DNA of 32,000 bases. Origin: an archaeon GW2011_AR10 (GTDB lineage: Archaea > Iainarchaeota > Iainarchaeia > Iainarchaeales > GW2011-AR10). A program made the position numbers and the translations under genes. Location: the NCBI GenBank assembly GCA_000830275.1, contig CP010424.1, forward strand, positions 390,001 through 422,000. Reading direction: 5' to 3'. The notes under the pieces were generated by a model. The model was not told where the DNA came from. It saw nothing but the letters and a program-made list of their open reading frames with translations, and did no database searches. This document shows positions 7,239 through 15,189 of this stretch, piece by piece; position 1 is the first letter of the stretch, and each line of letters opens with the position of its first letter.

Positions 7239-7311
7239 CGCCGAAAGTAGGACTTGAACCTACGACCCTCTGGTTAACAGCCAGATGCTCTACCTACTGA
7301 GCTACTTCGGC
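7239..7311 (-). tRNA. tRNA-Asn(GUU)
   Basis: The minus strand reads GCCGAAG TA GCTC AGTAGGTA GAGC A TCTGG CTGTTAA CCAGA GGGTC GTAGG TTCAAGT CCTAC TTTCGGC G. This is a canonical 73-nt cloverleaf. Confidence 0.9.
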
Positions 7312-8022
7312 CTAAAATAAGTTCCTTAACTCTGAAGTACTAAGAATATAATTTTCTATAGGTTTATAAAATCTTCTCAAATTGTCAGGAATTACAACTT
7401 TAATGGCATATCCGGATTCTTCCAATTTTCTAATTTTACTCAGAAGAGAATACGCCTTTTGTTCCCCTCTCCATGCAGTACACTCAATTATCAAATTCCC
7501 GATTTTGAAATCGGGGAAATAGGATTTAGAACAAACACTTAGGAAAGGTTCATAGCAATAATCGAGCCCTAACTCAAAAAGGAGATTCGCAACTTCTAAT
7601 TCCAAATCAGTTCTTACAAATTCCCCCCGCATTGTCCTTTTTTTGTAATCTGCAACTTTCTTAAAGCGCTCATATTGAAGTTTATAGTACGCCTCTGGGT
7701 TTTCTTTCTTCATTTTTTGATGCCACTTTTTCATATAATTGGAAGAACCCCTTCTCATTCTTTTATGAATTTCAAAAAACCTATTTTCCTTAAGGTATTT
7801 TTCTTGAACTTCAATTCCCCCTTTAACCCTAAATTCCTTTGGGTCAATGAGTTCAAAAACGAAGTCGGATTTTTTAAATCCAAGAAAACCAGCCAAGAGA
7901 TTAAATCTGTTGTAAGGTAAGCGCCATTTAAATTTTTTATAATAATGGACTGATGCATGAGGAATTCCTGTTAATTTCTCCGGCTTTCTCTCAGAACCAG
8001 CTTTTCTAACTGCGTCCAGCAC
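7312..8022 (-). CDS. HTH plus restriction-endonuclease-like (DUF559/Vsr-like) domain protein
   Basis: The C-terminus LELEVANLLFELGLDYCYEPF...YFPDFKIGNLIIECTAWRGEQK looks like a PD-(D/E)xK-type core. The N-terminus LTGIPHASVHYYKK is HTH-like. The GTG start at 8022 is uncertain. Confidence 0.5.
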   Translation of the reverse strand: MLDAVRKAGSERKPEKLTGIPHASVHYYKKFKWRLPYNRFNLLAGFLGFKKSDFVFELIDPKEFRVKGGIEVQEKYLKENRFFEIHKRMRRGSSNYMKKWHQKMKKENPEAYYKLQYERFKKVADYKKRTMRGEFVRTDLELEVANLLFELGLDYCYEPFLSVCSKSYFPDFKIGNLIIECTAWRGEQKAYSLLSKIRKLEESGYAIKVVIPDNLRRFYKPIENYILSTSELRNLF

Positions 8023-8171
8023 TAACCTCGACTGAATATCTTTTCACAAATCAACATGCATATTATAAATATATTTTGGAATGGTATTAGGTTTTCGGAA
8101 CCACATTGCCAGTGCGAAGCCGAGAGAAGAAGTACTGAGCTACCTGAGCAGGTTCAAAATGCAGGAGGCCT

Positions 8172-8199
8172 ATTTTCGCCAGCCTTTTCCTAAAAGGCT
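8172..8199. repeat. copy of a small palindromic intergenic repeat (ATTTTCGCCAGCCTTTTCCTAAAAGGCT)
   Basis: Same architecture as the copies at 11233-11260 and 11274-11301: TTTTCGC, then a GCCTTTT...AAAAGGC hairpin. Confidence 0.5.
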
Positions 8200-8238
8200 G
8201 AAAGCACTAATAAGCTTTCAATGAATAAATTAAAAAGG

Positions 8239-8493
8239 CTATTTTTCCCAATACTGTTTTCTGGGTTTTTCCTTGAATAGAAGGTTGAACAGCACCAGCT
8301 CTTGCTCGTTAAGAGGGCGGGACTTTGAGAGCTTGGTTAAGCGGGTTATTTCTGCTTCAATTTGTTTAATATCCATTAAGGGAATGTTTGCCTTCACCTT
8401 CTCAAACTGTTTTTCAGTCATTGGTTTAGGGTGAGATTTTTTCCTGAAAGGGTTAAGCTTACGAAAACTTAATGCCATTAAAATCTTTCTCAT
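8239..8493 (-). CDS. 84-aa basic hypothetical protein
   Basis: Its ATG overlaps the stop of the upstream KaiC-like gene (ATGA at 8490-8493). Confidence 0.5.
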   Translation of the reverse strand: MRKILMALSFRKLNPFRKKSHPKPMTEKQFEKVKANIPLMDIKQIEAEITRLTKLSKSRPLNEQELVLFNLLFKEKPRKQYWEK

Positions 8494-9119
8494 TTGATGC
8501 TAATAATTCTATCGCAGAACTGGCTGAGTTTCCTTAAGCTGGCGTCTGACTCAATTGAGTCAATCGCAACAAGGATGCCTTTCACTTTTGGAATTGCGCG
8601 AAGCTGCGTGGAAAGAGAGTGAACAAATTTTTCGACAAGCATCGGCTCATTGTAAATTGATAGGGTGGAAATGGAGTCAAGGATGACAAAGAAATCCTTC
8701 TCTTTCAGGGATGTAACCGCTTTCCTGAAGCCGATTGAGAGCGAGGAAAGGTCGTCAGGGGAGCCAACCAGTACAATGTTTGATGGAGCCTTCAAAGAAC
8801 CCCTTTCTTTTTCGCTTCTCGGCGAGCAGTCAACCACAATCATTTTAGAAGAATTAATGCCTTTTCCGGAAAGGTTTTTCGCCAGTTTTTCAAACGGCTT
8901 GTTGCCTGAAATGTAGATTCCGGAAAGCTTTCTTTCCACTAAAAGAATTCGCAGCAGCTCCTCATTGATTTTGGAAAAGTTTTCAGGCGAAATCAGCAAC
9001 AACACTAGGAACTCGTTGCCGAGACTTTCAAGCTCTCTGTGGAGCGACTGGCTAGACAGAAAATCTGGTTCAAGGTACTTTACTAATTCGTCAAAGTCCG
9101 GTTTGGTGCCTGCTGCCAT
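8490..9119 (-). CDS. KaiC/RecA-like fold protein lacking a Walker A motif
   Basis: The start is reset to ATG 9119 because the track extension to 9251 runs into the SRP RNA. An AAATTTAAAT box lies at 9141-9150. The overall pattern is KaiC-like (LVLLLIS..., GIYIS, IVVDC, FFVILDSIS), but the P-loop position reads ISPENFSK. Confidence 0.55.
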   Translation of the reverse strand: MAAGTKPDFDELVKYLEPDFLSSQSLHRELESLGNEFLVLLLISPENFSKINEELLRILLVERKLSGIYISGNKPFEKLAKNLSGKGINSSKMIVVDCSPRSEKERGSLKAPSNIVLVGSPDDLSSLSIGFRKAVTSLKEKDFFVILDSISTLSIYNEPMLVEKFVHSLSTQLRAIPKVKGILVAIDSIESDASLRKLSQFCDRIISIK

Positions 9120-9214
9120 AATAACAAAGTGGTTGCTGAAAAATTTAAATGAATCGGATAAAATGTGATGGTGGAAAGCCGGACAAAACAGGATACAAAA
9201 AGGAAGGTTTAAAA

Positions 9215-9488
9215 GTGTGGGCCGCCCGAAAGTGGAGTGCAGTTCAGCCAAAGGCTTGAGCCTTCTGGTTTCCTCGCTTCCGTTTTGCCTTAAGCACTGA
9301 TCAGTTAAGCTACCGTTGCTCCGGTCAAGGCCTAGCGGGATTAACTCAAAAAACCAATCTCAAGGGACAGAAGGTCACTGTCAGCCAAAAGAACCATTGA
9401 CTGAAAGGACCCGCCTCTCAGGCTTCAGCCCCGGCATAAAGCGGTTTTCCGGTGCAGGGAACCGCTGGCTCCCCGGCCTGGCCCACAA
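9215..9488 (-). ncRNA. signal recognition particle (7S/SRP) RNA, archaeal type
   Basis: The minus strand begins GTGGGCCAGGCCGGGGAGCCAGCGGTTCCCTGCACCGGAAAACCGCTTTATGCCGGGGCTGAAGCC. This matches the archaeal Alu-domain pattern as I remember it. S-domain-like elements are GGAGCAACGG...CTGATCAGTG...GGAAGCGAGGAAACC. The 3' end CGGGCGGCCCACAC pairs with the 5' end and is followed by TTTT. An ATATTTAAAT box lies at 9507-9516. Confidence 0.85.
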
Positions 9489-9964
9489 TTAATATGCGCA
9501 GGACAAATATTTAAATCAAACAATTCTCCTCATTTTAATGATTGGTTTAAAAGCGGAATTGTAACATTAAAGGCAGAGCTTTTATCTGGCGGCATAGAAG
9601 CAACCAATAGGAACACCAAACATTCATGCTTTCAAGAAAGCTAAAAGAAGCCTAATGCACAGAATATAGGCAACCAAAGGGAAGCAGAATGACCTGCAAT
9701 TCAAAAAAAAAGCAAAAATAACACTTTAACAAAAAAAGGAAGCACTGTTAAGTCATAATGGTGTTTTTCTTATAAAAAAAGGCAGGATTTTATATATACA
9801 TAACGAGTAATTGGCTTATCAAGAGCCTTTTTTGAAAAAAATTGTTAAAAAACGCTTATACATAAAAGTAAACCCTTTTTAAGTAGTTAAGACGCAATAG
9901 ATACGTAAAACAGTTTTTTACTGTTTGCATGAATTGCTTTCAAGTAGAAGGGGTGATATGACAA

Positions 9965-11050
9965 ATGAAATCTATTATCGAGGAAGCAATGAATAAACCG
10001 CAATCTGCGGAGAAAACTGAAGACAGACTAGAGGAATTCGGTTCTCCTAAGATTATGGTTGTTGGAGCAGGTGGAGCAGGCTGCAATGCAGTAAACCGCC
10101 TGGCAAATATGGGGATTTCGGGGGCACAGCTTGTGGGGGTTAACACTGACAAGCAGCACCTGGCAATGATAAACGACGAACTTACAAAGATTTTGATTGG
10201 AAAATCTGTAACAAGAGGCCTTGGTGCAGGAGGCTACCCTGAAATCGGCGCTAAAGCAGCTGAAGTCAGCAGAAATGCTCTTGAGGAAATCCTTGACGGG
10301 GTTGACATGCTCTTCATTTCAGCCGGAATGGGTGGGGGAACAGGAACAGGTTCGGCTCCAATAATTGCAGAAATAGCAAAACAGCAAGGAGCAATTGTAA
10401 TCGCAATAGTAACCTACCCTTTTGCACTTGAAAGGGCTCGCCTCATAAAGGCAGAGGAAGGCATTGAAACACTGCGAAAGAACACTGACACTGTTGTTGT
10501 AATAGACAACAATAGGTTGGTGGAGCTGGTGCCAAACCTTCCAATACAGGACGCATTCAAGGTTGCAGACGAAGTAATGGCAAGAACTGTTAGAGGCATA
10601 ACAGAAACAATTACGCAGCCATCGCTCATCAACCTTGACTTTGCAGATGTCAGAAGCGTCATGGTAAACCAAGGTTTGAGCGTCATAGCAGTGGGAGAAA
10701 GCAAGAGCGTTGACAAAGTCAATGAAGTAGTAGAGGACACTTTGAAGAACGCCTTGCTCGATGTGGACATTACCGGAGCAAAAGGCTGCCTGATTCACAT
10801 TACAGGGGGCCCGGAGCTGACACTGGGTGAGGCAAACGCTGTTGGTGAAATGCTGACTGACAGGATTGACCCAAAAGCAGCCGTTATCTGGGGTGCAAGG
10901 GTTGACCCTACATTCGAGAACAAAATGGAAGTAATCAGCATCTTCACTGGAGTGCACTCTCCTTACATTAAGGGTGGTTCACCGGAAGACTCTGATGTAA
11001 AATACGATAGGAAGTCAAGAAGAGACCTTGGCCTTGATTTCGTACGATAA
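9965..11050 (+). CDS. ftsZ: cell division GTPase FtsZ
   Basis: Contains [13 protein letters not shown] and the tubulin signature [16 protein letters not shown] lies 7 nt upstream of the ATG. Confidence 0.95.
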   Translation: MKSIIEEAMNKPQSAEKTEDRLEEFGSPKIMVVGAGGAGCNAVNRLANMGISGAQLVGVNTDKQHLAMINDELTKILIGKSVTRGLGAGGYPEIGAKAAEVSRNALEEILDGVDMLFISAGMGGGTGTGSAPIIAEIAKQQGAIVIAIVTYPFALERARLIKAEEGIETLRKNTDTVVVIDNNRLVELVPNLPIQDAFKVADEVMARTVRGITETITQPSLINLDFADVRSVMVNQGLSVIAVGESKSVDKVNEVVEDTLKNALLDVDITGAKGCLIHITGGPELTLGEANAVGEMLTDRIDPKAAVIWGARVDPTFENKMEVISIFTGVHSPYIKGGSPEDSDVKYDRKSRRDLGLDFVR

Positions 11051-11067
11051 GAGAAGCAGGTTACTCC

Positions 11068-11096
11068 TTCTCTTTCTTTTTCTTTTTTTTCTTTTT
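11068..11096 (+). terminator. pyrimidine/oligo-T tract downstream of ftsZ
   Basis: TCTCTTTCTTTTTCTTTTTTTTCTTTTT lies immediately after the ftsZ stop. Archaeal termination commonly uses oligo-T. Confidence 0.4.
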
Positions 11097-11123
11097 GCAG
11101 TTGCAAGAACCATTCCATGGTTT

Positions 11124-11301
11124 AGCCGAAGGCACTTTTTCGCAAACCTCCTTGCAAAACCTTTGGTTTTGCGAGGCCCGCAAAATCTTTGATTTTGCTT
11201 GGGTTTCCAAAAAGGTTTTTGGCGGAAGCCGGTTTTTCGCAAACCTTTTTTTAAAAGGCTTCGGCGAAGCCCATTTTTCGCAAGCCTTTTTTTAAAAGGC
11301 T
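11124..11301. repeat. cluster of degenerate ~40-nt repeats with palindromic ends
   Basis: Two adjacent units: GGCGGAAGCCGG-TTTTTCGCAAACC-TTTTTTTAAAAGGCT (11221-11260) and GGCGAAGCCCA-TTTTTCGCAAGCC-TTTTTTTAAAAGGCT (11262-11301). A partial unit lies at 11124-11149. A hairpin TTTTGCG-AGGCC-CGCAAAA lies at 11167-11185. Confidence 0.6.
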
Positions 11302-11304
11302 TTT

Positions 11305-12810
11305 TCAGATGAAGAGCGGCAGCGCGTTCAATATGAAAAGTGATACCAGCGTGTACAAAAAGAATTTTACAATTGTTTTCTTTGCTTTTTCCTCCGGCAA
11401 ATTGAAAGCACCGAGATAGCGGTGCAGGAGAAGCGGTGCAATCCTTCCACCATCAAATGTTGGAATTGGCAGGAAATTCATGAGCGCTAGGAGGAAGTTA
11501 AGCAAAATGAACCACCCAAAGAAGTCAGCGAAAAGCGAAATGAACTGCGAGTAAAGCAGGAATTCCTGCGGTGGATTAAAATCGCTTGCCGGAATGTTTT
11601 GAACAATGAATCCAAAGGAACCTAGCTCATTAGGCACAAGAAGAATCTGCTCAGCCAAGCCATTTAAGTCAACTGTCAATGTTATTGGCTGAAAGCGGGT
11701 AGAACTTATTTCGCTTGTTATCTGGTCAATGCGCTGCACTTTCTTCCCGTTTATTTCATTAACTTTCATTCCTTCACGCAACTGCCCAAAAGATGAACTG
11801 CCGTATGTTTTCCCGCAGAATTCTATTTTTTCCTGCACTCCAACTATTTCAACGCCTGCAACTGACTTGTCCCTGATTTCGTTCGCCCAAGGCGCAATGG
11901 TTGCGCCGATTAAGAGAAAAACTGCAACAAGGAAAATGTTTAAGCCGGCAAAAGCTGCAAGGTTTGCTGCCGGGCCTGCCGCATAAACTCGTAGCTGCTT
12001 TTTTTCTTCTGCTGCAAGAAGCTTTTTTTCATCCGGTTCAACGAAGCCGCCGATTGGGATAAAACCGAACAAGAGCAGGCCTGTTGACTTAACAGGGATT
12101 TTTTCTTTCCTGGAAACAATGCCGTGCATTGCCTCGTGGATTATAAGAATTAAAATCAGCGAAATCCAAGCGTGAGCTGGAATCACCACTGGCACTGACG
12201 GTATTTCAATGCCTGGAATAAGAGGCGCTACCCCGGGGCATGCCCTTTCCCCAACCAGGTACTGGGAAACAATCTGGACTGCCTGCATTGCAAGTATTGC
12301 AATTGTGAAGCCGGCAAACCCCATTAAGCCAAACACCAGGGAAAGAATGAAGAAAAAATTCTTTGTGAGAACTCCTTCGGAGAAGGCATTATTGAATAAC
12401 AAGTCAATGCCGAACAATAATGCAATTAAAAAAAGCACAGTGAAAGCAAACAATGCAGCTCTCTTCATGCCACCTGCCTTTCTCCCGTGAAGGTAGTCAA
12501 CTGCTATCGCGCCAAAGCCCAGGACAAGGCCTGCTTCTGTTAGGAAGTCAAGCAGCCTTGAGTGGTGCGCGAACCTGTCAAAAATCCACAATGGCTTCCT
12601 TGTTCTAAGCAGTGTAACAACAGTGTGTGTTTCAAAGGAAGTAAGTTTTTTGACAAAGTATGTGAAAATGATTGAGAAAAGCAGGAACAATGCAACAATG
12701 CCGTAAAACCCTAGAAGCCCTCCAAAAAATATTGCAATTGCCGCGAAAAGGGATATGGATACAATTAAAAGTGCGGTAAGTTTTTTTGAGTCGGATAACG
12801 GCGCTGCCAA
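11305..12810 (-). CDS. M50 site-2 protease (RseP-like) with PDZ-like insert
   Basis: Contains HEAMHG (HExxH) and NFLPIPTFDGG (NxxPxxxLDG). A PDZ-like segment lies between them, and the protein has many TM helices. The TTG start at 12810 is uncertain. Confidence 0.85.
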   Translation of the reverse strand: MAAPLSDSKKLTALLIVSISLFAAIAIFFGGLLGFYGIVALFLLFSIIFTYFVKKLTSFETHTVVTLLRTRKPLWIFDRFAHHSRLLDFLTEAGLVLGFGAIAVDYLHGRKAGGMKRAALFAFTVLFLIALLFGIDLLFNNAFSEGVLTKNFFFILSLVFGLMGFAGFTIAILAMQAVQIVSQYLVGERACPGVAPLIPGIEIPSVPVVIPAHAWISLILILIIHEAMHGIVSRKEKIPVKSTGLLLFGFIPIGGFVEPDEKKLLAAEEKKQLRVYAAGPAANLAAFAGLNIFLVAVFLLIGATIAPWANEIRDKSVAGVEIVGVQEKIEFCGKTYGSSSFGQLREGMKVNEINGKKVQRIDQITSEISSTRFQPITLTVDLNGLAEQILLVPNELGSFGFIVQNIPASDFNPPQEFLLYSQFISLFADFFGWFILLNFLLALMNFLPIPTFDGGRIAPLLLHRYLGAFNLPEEKAKKTIVKFFLYTLVSLFILNALPLFI

Positions 12811-12924
12811 AAAAAAACACTCTCTTGAATCAGCCAGTTGGATGCATTAATGGGAAAGGCAATCTGTTTTTAATGCTTGTCAAAAGCAAAGCAAAAACCG
12901 GAAGCAACAAAAAAAAGAGAAAAT

Positions 12925-13059
12925 AGGGGGAAATATTGCCGTAAGGCAACATTTCCTAGGATGTTAGAAGAGAGACTTAGAACAATTCGGGTATTAGGCT
13001 CACCATTTGGACTAAGTCTTCAGCGTGGAAAAAATTTCCACTATAATATGGTGCCCCCT
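12925..13059 (+). ncRNA. unassigned four-way-junction RNA candidate
   Basis: AGGGGG (12925-12930) pairs with CCCCCT (13054-13059) and encloses three hairpins. These are AAATATTGCC-GTAA-GGCAACATTT (12931-12954, GNRA loop), AGACTTAG...CTAAGTCT (12973-13019) and GTGGAAA-AAA-TTTCCAC (13025-13041). Confidence 0.3.
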
Positions 13060-13126
13060 GATATATTTAAACCCATATGGCATTCACCAAAACCATTAAA
13101 TACAGGGTTTTCTTTATAATTAGAGA

Positions 13127-15154
13127 ATGCCTGCCAAACCAAAATTTTTGGATTCACTAGTTTTACTCGCTGTTTTTGCACTGGTTTTACTGGTTTTTTT
13201 CAGCGGGTGCATTAAGCCAGTAGACGGCAACGGCGGAAATGGTGATGACAATACGGTTGAGAATCCGACAGACGAAAATGAGTTTGTGGAGCAGCCGGGG
13301 CCAGAACCAACGCCTGCAACCTTGCAGCAGCAGATAAACGCCTGCCTTACATTTGAAAGCGAGGGTCTGGCTGATTCGTGCCTTGTGGATGTTGGGCTTT
13401 CACTCATGGATTCAACGCCGTGCGAGTATGTAAGGGTTCTGCCGAAAGACAGCTGCTACCAGGAAATTGCAATCAACGCGAAGAACGTTGCTGATTGCGA
13501 CAAAATAGTGGAAAGCGACCTTGCAAACCAGTGCTATGAGTCTTTAGGCATTGAGTTAAGGGATTACGTGGCCTGCTCTAAAATAGTGGGGGATGAAGCA
13601 AAAAAAGACAATTGTTTGAAGGAAGTTGCCTCTGCTGTGAACGATTTTGAGGTATGCAGCCGCATTTCGGTTGCAAGCCTAAAGGATGAGTGCCTGACGC
13701 AGGTGGCAACTGCAACAGGCAACACTAATGCCTGTGAAGGTGTTTCCGGCGCATTTGTTCAAGGAACCTATTTAAGGGATGACTGCTACCTGTCTGCTGC
13801 AGGGGAAGCTGTTTCAATTGAGTTATGCAATAAGCTGTTAAGCGAGGAACGAAGCATTGAGTGCTTTGAGCTTGTAATTTCAGATGAGATAGAGTTTGAC
13901 ACCTGCAGTTCGATTTCATTGCAGGAGAAGAAGGATTCCTGCATTAAGGCATACGCGCTGAACACAAAAGAGTTCAGTGCATGCAGCGAAATTTCCGCTC
14001 AGGAGCTCCAGCAGGAATGCTATGAAAGCATTGCAAGGACAAGCTCTGCAACTGAAGAGCTCTGCGGATTAGTGGAAGATGACCTTATTGTTTCACAGTG
14101 CTTTACGCAGATTGCACTGAATGAACTGGATGTTGAGGTTTGCAATAAAATCAACTTGCGCCGGGACAAAAATGACTGCGTTGCAAAGGTTGCGGTTACA
14201 TCAAAGGACTCTGACAAATGTCTCTTTATTGTAGCTGACCCTGGCAAAAGAAACGAGTGCATTTCAGACGTGGCAGTTGCGAATTTAAGCACCGGGCAGT
14301 GCAAGGAAATAGAGAACTCCGGCCAGTACACGATTCAATGTTATAGTGGAATAGCGGTTGCACTTAACACTTTAAGCGTTTGTGATTCAATCGAGGTGAA
14401 AAAGTATTCAACTGAAAAATATGAGAGCACGCCGACTTGCTACAAGCAGTTTGCTGTTGCAACTGAAGATGCCAATGTATGCGAGCTTATTGACGAGAAC
14501 GCATTATACTATGAATGCAAGAACGATGTAAGGGTTGTAGTTGAATGCATTGATGGGGATGGAAGCTGCCAAGGCTTTTGCTGGTACGCAATTGACAAGG
14601 ACTGCGAGAAGCCTGGTTATTGTGGTTTAGCCGAGGAGTGCGATGACGGCCTTGTAGGAACAGAAAACAAGTGCGAGGAAAACGCATGCGTGTTTGTCGC
14701 GATTACCCAGTGCAGTAATGGAGATGACTTCTGCCCTGATATTTGCTCAATTGAGGATGACACGGACTGCGTAGTAAGCGAGCCAGGCCAAGGACTAGTA
14801 ATTGACTCGGTTTCATTCGACCCCGCCGCACCTGTTTATCCTTTCACTGAAGTGCTTTCAATGCAGTTGAGGAACGCTTCAACCAATACGATTACTGAAT
14901 TCCATTATGATGTATCAATTGTCGGGCCAAATTACAAGGCAACAGGAAGCGATAGTATTTCTCTTGGCAGGGGTGAAACCTATGAGCTTCGCCTTGAGAA
15001 CTTTTTGCCTTCATTTAACTGCACTAACGGTTATGATGGAGGAGGAAATTACACTATAAAGGCGCAGATTGATTTGGATGGCTTTGGCACTGGTGCAGGG
15101 CTGAGCGACGAATGGGAAGGCTCATTCGCTTTTTCCGGAGACTGCCCCACATAA
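13127..15154 (+). CDS. secreted/anchored cysteine-repeat surface protein with C-terminal beta-rich (CARDB-like) domain
   Basis: CATTAAATAC box at 13094-13103 and an N-terminal TM/signal sequence. There are about 12 or more units of the form C-x2-(I/L)-x6-10-C-(Y/L/F)-x2-(V/I)-A-x5-9. A Cys-dense block follows, then a beta-rich tail. Confidence 0.8.
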   Translation: MPAKPKFLDSLVLLAVFALVLLVFFSGCIKPVDGNGGNGDDNTVENPTDENEFVEQPGPEPTPATLQQQINACLTFESEGLADSCLVDVGLSLMDSTPCEYVRVLPKDSCYQEIAINAKNVADCDKIVESDLANQCYESLGIELRDYVACSKIVGDEAKKDNCLKEVASAVNDFEVCSRISVASLKDECLTQVATATGNTNACEGVSGAFVQGTYLRDDCYLSAAGEAVSIELCNKLLSEERSIECFELVISDEIEFDTCSSISLQEKKDSCIKAYALNTKEFSACSEISAQELQQECYESIARTSSATEELCGLVEDDLIVSQCFTQIALNELDVEVCNKINLRRDKNDCVAKVAVTSKDSDKCLFIVADPGKRNECISDVAVANLSTGQCKEIENSGQYTIQCYSGIAVALNTLSVCDSIEVKKYSTEKYESTPTCYKQFAVATEDANVCELIDENALYYECKNDVRVVVECIDGDGSCQGFCWYAIDKDCEKPGYCGLAEECDDGLVGTENKCEENACVFVAITQCSNGDDFCPDICSIEDDTDCVVSEPGQGLVIDSVSFDPAAPVYPFTEVLSMQLRNASTNTITEFHYDVSIVGPNYKATGSDSISLGRGETYELRLENFLPSFNCTNGYDGGGNYTIKAQIDLDGFGTGAGLSDEWEGSFAFSGDCPT

Positions 15155-15189
15155 TAAAAGGTTAAAAATCTCTCACTTCTTATTATTGT

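Noticed and set aside
8133-8143. 11-nt match to the tRNA-Asn D-arm region as evidence of an att site
   Set aside because: An 11-mer from a conserved tRNA region is close to chance expectation in this window. It is kept only as a side note in the tRNA-Asn finding.
9489-9964. 476-nt AT-rich ORF-free region upstream of ftsZ as a replication origin
   Set aside because: There are no repeated ORB-like boxes and no adjacent orc1/cdc6. It contains the SRP RNA promoter, a hairpin AAACAGT-TTTTT-ACTGTTT at about 9909-9927 and the ftsZ leader. Evidence is insufficient.
10319-10957. 212-aa and 118-aa ORFs antisense to ftsZ
   Set aside because: ftsZ is unambiguous. The antisense products are Cys/His-rich nonsense without motifs.
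11015-11295. 75-aa and 66-aa ORFs between ftsZ and the S2P gene
   Set aside because: They lie entirely within the degenerate palindromic repeat cluster. Their open frames are a by-product of the repeats.
12877-13119. 80-aa ORF in the S2P / Cys-repeat spacer
   Set aside because: It has a TTG start, implausible composition, and overlaps a strongly structured region and the downstream promoter. It is treated as non-coding.
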